Below, in pieces: positions 39,201 through 47,302 of a stretch of DNA of 54,141 nucleotides. How positions within the stretch are numbered: position 1 is the stretch's first letter; every line of letters starts with the position of its first letter. The notes under the pieces are model-generated. The model worked only from the letters and a program-made list of their open reading frames with translations, was not told the origin of the DNA and ran no database searches. This stretch comes from Candidatus Poseidoniaceae archaeon (GTDB taxonomy: Archaea > Thermoplasmatota > Poseidoniia > Poseidoniales > Poseidoniaceae): the NCBI GenBank assembly GCA_965662895.1, contig CBFIJH010000014.1:1-54141 (forward strand), written 5' to 3'. A program made the translations under genes and the position numbers.

Positions 39201-40362
39201 TGTTGACTGGAAACGGTTGCATGCACTCGGCTATACGCACGACTGGGAAGGAAACCCGTTGGAAAGCGATGAGCAAATGCTGGAATTGTTTCCTCAAGAT
39301 TTTATTGTAGCAAAAAATGCTGCTGATTATTTTGTCCGTACCGCACAATTTGTTGATGAATTGCTGGTGAAATTTTACGGTTTGGAACCCTATTACAACG
39401 CAACGAACAAAGACGATCTAATCGGGGAACTCATCTGCGCATTGGCTCCGCACACGTCCGGAGGCGTACTTTCTCGAATCATCGGTTGGGCTGACTGTTC
39501 CGGCGGTTATGCCCACCCACTGTTCCATGCCGCAAAGCGAAGGAACTGCGATGGAGATGAAGATGCGATTATGCTGCTTATGGACGGATTGTTGAATTTC
39601 AGCCGTGAAATTCTTCCAGCAAATCGTGGAGGCCAAATGGACGCTCCTCTTGTTCTGACGACTCGATTAAACCCGACTGAAATTGACAAAGAAGCGCTCA
39701 ATGTGGATGCTGCATGGTTCTATCGTCGTCAATTCTATGAGGCAACATTGCACCAACCGCATCCGAAAGAAATTGCTGATTCGATGGATTTCGTTGAGCG
39801 AAGACTGGGGTCGGTTGCAGCTGTACGTGGATACGGATTTACGCATGATTGCAATCGCATCGATGAAGGTCCTGAGCTCTCAGCGTACAAGACGCTTGCG
39901 ACCATGATTGACAAGATGAATGGGCAGCTGAACCTCTGTCAACGATTGCGAGCGATCGATGCGCGAACGGTTGCATCATCGGTCATACGATCGCACTTCC
40001 TGCCGGATCTCCGTGGGAATCTTAATGCCTATGGGCGGCAAAAAGTTCGTTGTCTCAAATGTGGCCACTCGTATCGGCGGATGCCACTTGCAGGCCATTG
40101 CATTCAGCCACAGAAAGCATCGGGTCGAGGGTTATCCGCTCATGGTGTGGCTCGAAATGAAGGAGGCTTGTGCAGTGGCCGCCTTGCATTAACCGTCTCT
40201 GAAGGAGCCGTTCGCAAATACATCGAAGTAACGAAGCACGTTATGGACACATACGGTGTCGATACGTACACGCGACAGAACATGGAGTGGCTTGCAGGAA
40301 GTGTCGAATCGTTGTTCAACAACGACCGAGCCCGTCAGATGTCGTTAACGGATTTCTTGTGA
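36286..40362 (+). CDS. polC: DNA polymerase D large subunit (DP2)
   Basis: AILTEAVLVAPLEGI, AGPIRAAGGTAQAL, GGFRLRYGR, GTQMKIERPGK, RMGRPEK, FRDGTVRFD and catalytic HAAKRRNCDGDED. The GTG 36286 start is inferred (the track start overlaps pyrE). Confidence 0.97.
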   Translation: MAKETATNELDPLLGVDLARLEGEMERYQTILDDRTDHAYKVAEQARKLGLDPKPFVEIPRANDLAGRTEKLLIEHLESYPVADDIRAMLAEHDRETTSIMMAQRVAKGFREKGYDMVKSIDVGLRVGLAILTEAVLVAPLEGISEVRLLNNVDGSAFVSVHFAGPIRAAGGTAQALAVLIADMIRRELKVGPYIPSDGEVERVKEEFGLYRGNLQYRPSPAEIEEIVRACPVMINGESTESIECAGYGRVRNIDEARIRGGVLLVIGEGMCLKAPKIQKHTERLKVPGWDFISKFASKGEEDNGGADKNEFKSRRVAPIDKFMKDIIAGRPIFGGPQQPGGFRLRYGRGRPSGLAAASLNPASMLVLDDFITIGTQMKIERPGKACAVTPSNDSEGPWVVLSSGQFLRIDEANKLRKIRHDIRSIWDNGEIVIGYGEFMENNKNLVPAGYTSDWWASDLIDALATPDDVAAFASICKNLEPHPKGVPGATDVEDGFAHFHTRRKWHRYLSRLTLSWEQASSIAERWRTALPPPHNPWFLDLPIEWVPSLLDALKLGEVESPVELDMEVNHPYNEPSWLRFKGAAKGWDASVMDKLQPEHIPPLDEIQTIGLDFRPEEPIFEEWLPEGWTFMQHGLLKGALLLLGVSHHHDGDDIVATCGWQAMINGLGYSVRDNSLHQRIDLKTLIDQRIIELRNCNDVLKEEGIRLNELKKHRSTVRIAAETEARQQGLGITETDQVGKKAAASVEDPGPKDVAQYSASLKIHDNHLVDGIVPLIRETSPLRWEHAAPQRVGCRMGRPEKSAPREMSPRSHMLFPIALEGGNQRLISNAVGKRTIRVQMGKRICSKCGKESPFIQCHHRVVDDAGIPKIGETCGGRTDMRASSGNSRRRGEMQSVPIESILEDAQLRIGMGRLPQQVKCVKELKSRNQTPEPIEKGLLRAKYDLPVFRDGTVRFDMSDVPVTHFTAKEIDVDWKRLHALGYTHDWEGNPLESDEQMLELFPQDFIVAKNAADYFVRTAQFVDELLVKFYGLEPYYNATNKDDLIGELICALAPHTSGGVLSRIIGWADCSGGYAHPLFHAAKRRNCDGDEDAIMLLMDGLLNFSREILPANRGGQMDAPLVLTTRLNPTEIDKEALNVDAAWFYRRQFYEATLHQPHPKEIADSMDFVERRLGSVAAVRGYGFTHDCNRIDEGPELSAYKTLATMIDKMNGQLNLCQRLRAIDARTVASSVIRSHFLPDLRGNLNAYGRQKVRCLKCGHSYRRMPLAGHCIQPQKASGRGLSAHGVARNEGGLCSGRLALTVSEGAVRKYIEVTKHVMDTYGVDTYTRQNMEWLAGSVESLFNNDRARQMSLTDFL
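40336..40359 (+). other. PCNA-interacting (PIP) box at the DP2 C-terminus
   Basis: QMSLTDFL matches Qxx(L/I)xxF(F/L). Confidence 0.8.
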
Positions 40363-40995
40363 TTACAACGAAATCGGATCTCGCCATGGTGAGTCATGGT
40401 CTGCATCATGTCCATCAACTTCAGGCATGCCGATTCGGGATTTCCTGAACTCTTTGGGCTTGTTCTCAGTGGCTTGGTTTTGTTCAATTCGCTTTGCAAT
40501 GAGCGTCCGAACAGCCGATTCTCCGAAGGCGAGAACGACCAAGAGCACGGAAAGAACCACGTGACCGAGAGTTGCCAGCGGTGCAAATGGAGCAACATCG
40601 AGATGTTGAATTGCGACGACATTCTCATCGACGGTTGTTTCGAGTGTGTATTCACCAGGGGGTAATTCAGCTTCCAATGTGACGACTTCGTTGGTTGAAC
40701 CTGCCCAATTGAGAACAACATTGTCAGAAGCGTCCACCAATTTCCACGAGGCATTTGCAATACGATTTGGATCATCGCTATGCAGAAATTCGGTGGTTAT
40801 CGAGATCGGCAATTCAGCGTTGCTTCCAAAAACTGCTTGAAGAGACACCCGGCGCTCGGGTTCAAATTCAAACCCTTGGTCATTGAGTTGTTGCGAAGCC
40901 TCGTTTGAGGCCACATTGGACCAGATAATGTTGATGAGAAGGAGGGCAACAAGCCACAGCGCAAGATTCAGAACCTTCTTGCGTTCCATAACCAT
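40363..40995 (-). CDS. Hypothetical protein with N- and C-proximal TM helices
   Basis: Two hydrophobic segments flank a beta-rich domain (LPPGEYTL); abuts the MptE-like stop. Confidence 0.7.
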   Translation of the reverse strand: MVMERKKVLNLALWLVALLLINIIWSNVASNEASQQLNDQGFEFEPERRVSLQAVFGSNAELPISITTEFLHSDDPNRIANASWKLVDASDNVVLNWAGSTNEVVTLEAELPPGEYTLETTVDENVVAIQHLDVAPFAPLATLGHVVLSVLLVVLAFGESAVRTLIAKRIEQNQATENKPKEFRKSRIGMPEVDGHDADHDSPWRDPISL

Positions 40996-41733
40996 CTAAC
41001 CTTTGAGTTCCTTTAAGAGGTGATGTTCAACGCCTAAACGGCGCATGGATTCTTCCATCCAAGCTAATTTCTGCTTTTTTCGCTCGGAGTCTGTGTTTCC
41101 AGACCACGGTCCGACAACGTCTGTCCTGAATCCTATGCATTCAACATCATCGAGGGATCGTCCAAGAGCTTGTATGAAACAAAGTGCTCGGTCTCCGTCG
41201 GTAAATCCGCCCGGATTGACCAATCCTTCGTACGTTGCCGTCGATTGGTGCGTGAGTGTTAGCGGCGGTTGTGCCTCAAACAACGCCCAAGCGGATACCA
41301 ATTGTTTCCAAATGTCCGCATTATCGCCATGCGCATGCAGGACGATGTGAACACCAAACCTTGCAGCACGCTCAAGATGTTCAGCTCCATCACCATCACT
41401 CACGACACAAAGAACCCGAGAAAGGTCATCGATTGCACCCACTGCACCATCTGCAGCAACGAACATTGCCCCGGGATATTGAGACGTTTGAATCGGCTCG
41501 CTGGCTGCTCCAACAACCACCAACCGTTCAGTTGAACAAATCGCTCGTTGGAGTTGTTTCAAGAACATTGTTCGAGCTTCAATCGACCAGGATTCTTGAC
41601 CAAATGGGAGTGGCTCTGAGAAGTGTTTTTCCATTTCATGCGCAGATAAATCATCTGCATTCAACGACCATCCAAACGCCTTACGAACCTCTCCTTGCAA
41701 GGCAAGAAGGTTGTTCGGAACAAGATTGAGCAC
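40996..41733 (-). CDS. mptE: 6-hydroxymethyl-7,8-dihydropterin pyrophosphokinase MptE-like
   Basis: VVVGAA, AADGA, VVSDGDG, HAHGDN, GGFTDGDRA and K..KL.W motifs. Start is GTG 41733 (promoter-based) or ATG 41784. Confidence 0.85.
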   Translation of the reverse strand: MLNLVPNNLLALQGEVRKAFGWSLNADDLSAHEMEKHFSEPLPFGQESWSIEARTMFLKQLQRAICSTERLVVVGAASEPIQTSQYPGAMFVAADGAVGAIDDLSRVLCVVSDGDGAEHLERAARFGVHIVLHAHGDNADIWKQLVSAWALFEAQPPLTLTHQSTATYEGLVNPGGFTDGDRALCFIQALGRSLDDVECIGFRTDVVGPWSGNTDSERKKQKLAWMEESMRRLGVEHHLLKELKG

Positions 41734-41809
41734 GGTTACCCCAATCGAAGAGCCTTCAAGAAAGGTATGGGTTGTCAAGTTCATATGATATCGTGTTTGT
41801 TCATTGATT

Positions 41810-43027
41810 GTGCCGAGGCCAACCCATCAACCATCCATTACCGATGAGATTACGCTTGCGCGTTATCCATTCCTACCTCAAGCAAGTGGTTGGATTCAAC
41901 AGATGGCTGCAAAGCACAACATCACACTCGACGATTTGCTTGAAGGGTCACTGATGGAGCCAGCGCGGAAACGAGCCCGTATCCGCCTTGTTGACAGTGT
42001 TCAATCCAAAGAAGGCGTCGAATTGAGTGGCGGAGATATACACACAGAGGAAGGCCGGCTCATCGAAGCCTTCTCGTTTTACTACGCTCGTCTTGTCATC
42101 TGCGCTTCAGAGGATGAACGTTTGCTGGCTCGTTGGGCACAAGCCGAGGCTGCACGAGCCGAGCATCTCTTGATCCGTGATCAGCAGAATTTGTTGAGCA
42201 TTGCCAACACGTACATCTCTGTCCTTGAGCAAAACAAAGTTGGGCAGGCTGCTCATCGAGGAAGCATCGGAACGGACATTCAATCGCTACGACAATCGCA
42301 AGATGGATTGGAGTGGAAGCTTTCTCTTGCTGATTTTATTGAAGTCTGCCCTCGCATCACCGGCAACCGCTGGCGTCTACCAAATTGTGATGTTGATGCT
42401 GGTATGGTCCGGTTGCACAACGAACAGAAATATTCGTCAACAGCAAAACTCGCTCGTCTTCTGAGGGAACACATCAAATCCGATGTCGAGCAAGAGGGGA
42501 TTCAGAAAATGGCAGAAGTGACCACAGACCTCGCTGTTCGACTTGCTGAACCTGTTGGCATGGTTCGAAATCTTCTCGCACAAAAGACGAGCGATGCCAT
42601 TGCACTTGTCGGTGCTGAGGAAGACGATTGGCCACCGTGCATGCGAAAAGCCGTTGCAGAACTCTCTGCTGGCGTTAACGTCAACCATTTTGGTCGACTC
42701 TTCCTTGCATCCATGGCTTCAACGCTTGCCTTACCGCAAGAAGCATGTGTCGATTTCTTTCGAGGAGCACCTGATTTTGATGAGGGGACGACAACCTACC
42801 AAGTCGGCCACGTTTACCAACATGGATACACGCCTTCGGGATGTGGGAAACTCAAAGTCAACCACAACTGTCCCGTCCTGCCGGGCGATGACCGACTTTG
42901 CGACCAGCCTTGGCTTGATCATCCGCTCAAGTACATACGAGCCACGCAACGGAGAAAACAACGTCAGAAACAGGTTGAATCGCAACCAGAAAAGGTGGAA
43001 GAACCTCCAAACGAAGCAAGAGTTTGA
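41810..43027 (+). CDS. priL: DNA primase large subunit PriL
   Basis: ARYPFL, WPPCM, NHFGRLFLA, APDFDEGTTTYQV.H, YTPSGC..L....C......C and HPLKY (Fe-S C-terminal domain). Confidence 0.92.
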   Translation: MPRPTHQPSITDEITLARYPFLPQASGWIQQMAAKHNITLDDLLEGSLMEPARKRARIRLVDSVQSKEGVELSGGDIHTEEGRLIEAFSFYYARLVICASEDERLLARWAQAEAARAEHLLIRDQQNLLSIANTYISVLEQNKVGQAAHRGSIGTDIQSLRQSQDGLEWKLSLADFIEVCPRITGNRWRLPNCDVDAGMVRLHNEQKYSSTAKLARLLREHIKSDVEQEGIQKMAEVTTDLAVRLAEPVGMVRNLLAQKTSDAIALVGAEEDDWPPCMRKAVAELSAGVNVNHFGRLFLASMASTLALPQEACVDFFRGAPDFDEGTTTYQVGHVYQHGYTPSGCGKLKVNHNCPVLPGDDRLCDQPWLDHPLKYIRATQRRKQRQKQVESQPEKVEEPPNEARV

Positions 43028-43062
43028 AGTGGAGGAGTGTCTAGCATACATGAGGCAGCCCG

Positions 43063-44181
43063 ATGGGACGAGTACTTGTTTTGACCGTTGACCGAGACAA
43101 CGATCTTGGAATCAAAACGTCAATCCGCGGCCCAGTTGTCGGTCGACGCCAAGTCTTGACTGCTGCGCTCAAACTCGGAATTGCTGACCCTGAAGAAAGC
43201 GATACAAACGCTATTCTAGGCGCTCTTGCACAACACGATGCACTGCTCGAAACCGGTGCTGATGAGGATGAGGTGGAAGTTGCAATCCTTACGGGCGATG
43301 AAAAAGTCGGCGTACGGTCCGATCGTGCAATTTCTGCTCAACTCGAAGAAGTTGTTTCCGCATACCAGCCCGATGAAGCCATCCTCATCACAGATGGAGC
43401 TGAGGATGAGGCCGTTCTCCCAATCATTCAATCCCAGGTACGAATAGACCACGTCGAGAAAATCATCGTTAAACAATCAAAAGGCATTGAAGGGACATAC
43501 TACTACATCGTGAAAGCCTTGGAAGACCCGAAATGGAGGGCTCGATTCATGATTCCGTTTGGCCTTGTTTTGGCTATTTTTGGCCTCGGCATTATGCTTC
43601 CGAATGAAATTGGAGGCATTGTTATTGGGGGACTTCCGCTCCTGCTTGGGCTGTTCATCTTTGCCAAAGGGGCTGGAATTGAAACAACCGTCAATCGTGT
43701 TATCCAAGAGATGCGTGAAAACGCCGACGCTGCGATGTTCTCCTCGCTGTTATGGACCGCTACGGTCTTTAGCGCAATCTTTGCAGGTGCTGAAGGATGG
43801 CAAACGTTCGATGATCTTGTCGATACAGAATCCAAATCCGTTCTCTGGATGCAGGTTGCCAATTCATCGCTTGCATGGATCGTTATTGCTTTCCTGACAT
43901 CAACCGCGGGCTTCATGTTGCTTCGACTTAAGCGGGGAAGTTTCTCAGGTTCACTGATCGTTTTGAGCATTTTTGGCATGGTCGTTTATTCCTTTGTCAA
44001 CACCTCGCTGCACATTGCGATTGATATCCTTCAAGGAAATGCCTACGAATTTAACGTTCAGAACATTATGGATACCCTCGCTGTTCCATTCGGATGGATT
44101 GCAGTCCTCTGGGTGACCATCACCGTGCTCAAGGGACTGCGCCAGAAGCAAGCCCAATCCGAACGGTATTGGGGCATTTGA
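43063..44181 (+). CDS. DUF373 family membrane protein
   Basis: LVLTVDRDNDLG.K, DPEESDTN, TDGAEDE and IVKQS..IE.TYY, followed by TM helices. Confidence 0.88.
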   Translation: MGRVLVLTVDRDNDLGIKTSIRGPVVGRRQVLTAALKLGIADPEESDTNAILGALAQHDALLETGADEDEVEVAILTGDEKVGVRSDRAISAQLEEVVSAYQPDEAILITDGAEDEAVLPIIQSQVRIDHVEKIIVKQSKGIEGTYYYIVKALEDPKWRARFMIPFGLVLAIFGLGIMLPNEIGGIVIGGLPLLLGLFIFAKGAGIETTVNRVIQEMRENADAAMFSSLLWTATVFSAIFAGAEGWQTFDDLVDTESKSVLWMQVANSSLAWIVIAFLTSTAGFMLLRLKRGSFSGSLIVLSIFGMVVYSFVNTSLHIAIDILQGNAYEFNVQNIMDTLAVPFGWIAVLWVTITVLKGLRQKQAQSERYWGI

Positions 44182-44243
44182 ACTGACGTAAGACCAGCAC
44201 AGTCTTCCTTAAACCTCAAATTACGGAGAGCCTACGCTCGTCC

Positions 44244-44639
44244 ATGAGTTCAATCCCACCACAAGATTTGCAGCGATTGGCCAGCCTGCAAGGGTACGAT
44301 TTGACACTTGAAATCGACGCGATGGCTCGGAAATATCTCATGAGTCCGGAACAGATTCTTGCCCTCGTTCGTGCAGCGGCCCAGCCGCAGCAGGCTTCGC
44401 AACAACCGTTCGAACCTGTTGCAAGCAAAACGGTCCCTCAACTCCCATCACAACCTCGTCATATCTCAATGGAAGGACTGCATTTCGATTATGATCCAAC
44501 TGCTGGGGCAAAAGACAAGCGTGCACAAGTCGACCAAGCCATCATGTGTCCTGGCTGTGGCGTAGCACTCGGAATACCGAGCCGTCGGCCTATCAAGATC
44601 AAATGTCCTCAATGCCTTCATGAGGCAACATACAATTGA
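44244..44639 (+). CDS. Hypothetical protein with C-terminal zinc ribbon
   Basis: CPGC...IKCPQC at the C-terminus; Q/P-rich linker. Confidence 0.72.
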   Translation: MSSIPPQDLQRLASLQGYDLTLEIDAMARKYLMSPEQILALVRAAAQPQQASQQPFEPVASKTVPQLPSQPRHISMEGLHFDYDPTAGAKDKRAQVDQAIMCPGCGVALGIPSRRPIKIKCPQCLHEATYN

Positions 44640-44651
44640 TGAGTTGAGAAC

Positions 44652-45473
44652 ATGAATCTTGCAGATGTACCACGAATGTGGCCGTATGAACCATCAAATT
44701 CTCCTCTTCCATTACCGCCAAAACCAGTGGTCTTCACGCAACAACGACTTCATTGGTTCAATGCTGAAAAAATCGATGCAAAATCAATGTCACAAGATGA
44801 AATCAAATCCAGCGTGGCTGGATGGAAGACCGATTCTGGGATGACTGTCGATGCAATCCTTCAGCAAGAAGGAGCGGCCCTGATGCAAGAACGACGATTG
44901 ATTCTCCTTTTGGGTGAACTTGCAAATCCATCCAGACTTTTCGATATCGATGCGGGGCCAATGCCAATTATCAACGTCCGAATCGATGATTTCTGTCGAA
45001 CGTGGACCGATACGCTCGATCCTCGAATGATGAATCCTGGAGTTCATCATGTTACTGCTGCACGAACGCATGGTTGGTGGGAAGCAACACATCTTGGTTT
45101 TGCAACGATGCCCCAAATTCGCCAACTGATGGAACATCTTGGGGATGGATCGCGCGGAAAATGGAAACCAGGTAAACTTGCAGAAGGTCAATTGCACGTT
45201 TTGCATGATGCCACCCTTGCTCCGCCAACCATCGATGAGTTGGTATGGGATGGTGAAAGTGAACGTGTGGAAATTCAACGACCTGATTTCGATGGACCTG
45301 AACTTCCTCTGAATGAAGTCTTCACGCCCCTTCATACGCGTCAGGGATGCTACAATCATCGTGGACGACTGGCTCGATGTGTTCATCATCACCATCGTTC
45401 TTTTCACAACAACATCTACCGGAGAGGCTCAGCTCGACAATGGGATGATGTCATTTCAGTTCAAAAACGGTAA
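44652..45473 (+). CDS. Hypothetical protein with Cys/His-rich C-terminus
   Basis: Operon-spaced ORF ending CYNHRGRLARCVHHHHRSFH. Confidence 0.7.
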   Translation: MNLADVPRMWPYEPSNSPLPLPPKPVVFTQQRLHWFNAEKIDAKSMSQDEIKSSVAGWKTDSGMTVDAILQQEGAALMQERRLILLLGELANPSRLFDIDAGPMPIINVRIDDFCRTWTDTLDPRMMNPGVHHVTAARTHGWWEATHLGFATMPQIRQLMEHLGDGSRGKWKPGKLAEGQLHVLHDATLAPPTIDELVWDGESERVEIQRPDFDGPELPLNEVFTPLHTRQGCYNHRGRLARCVHHHHRSFHNNIYRRGSARQWDDVISVQKR

Positions 45474-45485
45474 GAAAAGCCTCAT

Positions 45486-46196
45486 GTGTCTCAAGCGCCT
45501 CGCTATGTTCAGAGGGATTTGATGATCATCGCACCCAGTGTCCTAACCGCCAATCTTGCAGCACTTGGTTCTGCGTGCGATGAAGCTGTTGAAGCGGGTC
45601 TTGATTGGCTGCATCTCGATGTTATGGATGGAAACTTTGTTCCGAACTTGACTTTTGGTCCACCCGTCATCAAGCAACTTCGAAAACATCTCGGAGATGG
45701 TCCAATTTTCGATGCCCATCTGATGGTTGAAAATGCTGAATCTATGTATCAGGATTACATCGATGCTGGTTGCAATCATTTGACCGTCCATGTTGAAGCC
45801 GTCAAGCACCTGCACCGTCTTCTTCACGCAATTCGAGAAGGAGGAGCAACGGCTGGCGTTGTTCTCAACCCAGGCACACCTGTCGAAGCTGCACTCGAAG
45901 TCCTTCCAGATGTTGACCTCGTTCTCATCATGAGTGTCAATCCTGGTTTTGGTGGTCAGTCGTTTATTCCAACGGTTGAATCGAAAATTCGTACTTTGAG
46001 AAAGGCCATTGACGAACAAGTCGCAGCAGGAGGACGCAACGTCCAATTGCAAATCGATGGTGGCGTCAAAGCCCACAACATCGCCATGTTACGGGAATGG
46101 GGTGTTACCAACGCAGTTGTTGGATCTGGGTTGTTCAATGCCAATGCTTCCGTTGCTGACAACTTGACAACGCTTCATCAAGCCCTCAATGCCTGA
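45486..46196 (+). CDS. rpe: Ribulose-phosphate 3-epimerase
   Basis: IAPSVL, HLDVMDGNFVPNLTFG, DAHLMV, MSVNPGFGGQ and IDGG. Confidence 0.96.
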   Translation: MSQAPRYVQRDLMIIAPSVLTANLAALGSACDEAVEAGLDWLHLDVMDGNFVPNLTFGPPVIKQLRKHLGDGPIFDAHLMVENAESMYQDYIDAGCNHLTVHVEAVKHLHRLLHAIREGGATAGVVLNPGTPVEAALEVLPDVDLVLIMSVNPGFGGQSFIPTVESKIRTLRKAIDEQVAAGGRNVQLQIDGGVKAHNIAMLREWGVTNAVVGSGLFNANASVADNLTTLHQALNA

Positions 46197-46204
46197 GTGA
46201 TTTG

Positions 46205-47302
46205 ATGAAGATTCTCTTGGTGACGCTGCTTCACCCACTTCCGACCAATGCAGCGAGAGGCACCTTTGTTGCGGATCATGCTCAATTGTTGCGAGAGATG
46301 GGTCATGATGTTCGCATCCTCAATCCACTTCCACGGCTGTTGAAATACATGGAACAGAGCCGATCGACCCTTACTGGTGTTGCAAAAGCACCGAAAAATT
46401 TCGAACACAACGATTTCCAAATCTATGCGCCTCGATACATCGCATACACCGACCATCCCTATCCATGGCTAACATCTCGAAGCATCAGAAACCGTCAACG
46501 CTCGATTGAAAAGTGGCTTGGAAAATGGCGTCCTGAACACATTCTTGCACACACGGTGTGGCCGGTTGGTGAACTTGCACGCTCGCTATCAAAACGCTGG
46601 AAGGTTCCATGGACAGGAGTCGTTCACGGTCATGATGTTGATGTCGGACTTTCGCATGCAACAACCGGGAAGAAAATCAAATCGCTAATGGAATCAGCGG
46701 ATTCGATGGTGTTCGTTAGTGACGGATTACGAACCAGAGCAGAACAACACGGAGTACACATAAACAAAGCATACACCATTGCCTGTCACAGTGAAATGGA
46801 TGATGAATGGGCACGTCCGATGAAGAAATGGAAAGGAAGATGGCGTCGAGAATCCATCGACATCTTATTCCCCGCAGATCCAAGACGTCCCGAAAAGAAC
46901 CACTACCTTGCTCTTCAAACGGGAGAATTGCTTGAACAACGCGGATGGATTGTCGGGATGACAACACTCAAGCAGCAACCACGCAGCATTGTTTGGGATC
47001 GAATGATAGTTGCAGATGTTACCCTCATCACCTCACATCGTGAATCCGGACCACTGGTTGCTCGCGAATCGATTCTATGTGGAACACCAGTGGTTTCGAC
47101 CAATGTTGGTGATGTTGCATCCTATCTTCCGAAAGAACTTGTCCTCGACAATCCGACGCCTGAAGGCTTAGCAGATGCATGTGAAGCGGCATTGCAAACC
47201 GATTGGCAAGCCTCTCCAGTCATTCTGCCTCAACGTACGTCTTCCCAGACGGTTGGTCAACAATGGTCCGCATTGCTTCAAGGCCTTGGGGAAGAAGAAT
47301 GA
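46205..47302 (+). CDS. Glycosyltransferase family 4 (GT-B)
   Basis: MKILLVT, GHDVRI, VVHGHD, RPEKN and ESGPLVARE..LCGTPVVSTNVGD (E-x7-E). Confidence 0.88.
   Translation: MKILLVTLLHPLPTNAARGTFVADHAQLLREMGHDVRILNPLPRLLKYMEQSRSTLTGVAKAPKNFEHNDFQIYAPRYIAYTDHPYPWLTSRSIRNRQRSIEKWLGKWRPEHILAHTVWPVGELARSLSKRWKVPWTGVVHGHDVDVGLSHATTGKKIKSLMESADSMVFVSDGLRTRAEQHGVHINKAYTIACHSEMDDEWARPMKKWKGRWRRESIDILFPADPRRPEKNHYLALQTGELLEQRGWIVGMTTLKQQPRSIVWDRMIVADVTLITSHRESGPLVARESILCGTPVVSTNVGDVASYLPKELVLDNPTPEGLADACEAALQTDWQASPVILPQRTSSQTVGQQWSALLQGLGEEE

Noticed and set aside
39520-39570. Intein at the usual DP2 insertion site
   Set aside because: HAAKRRNCDGDED is uninterrupted, and I saw no Hint or LAGLIDADG motifs.
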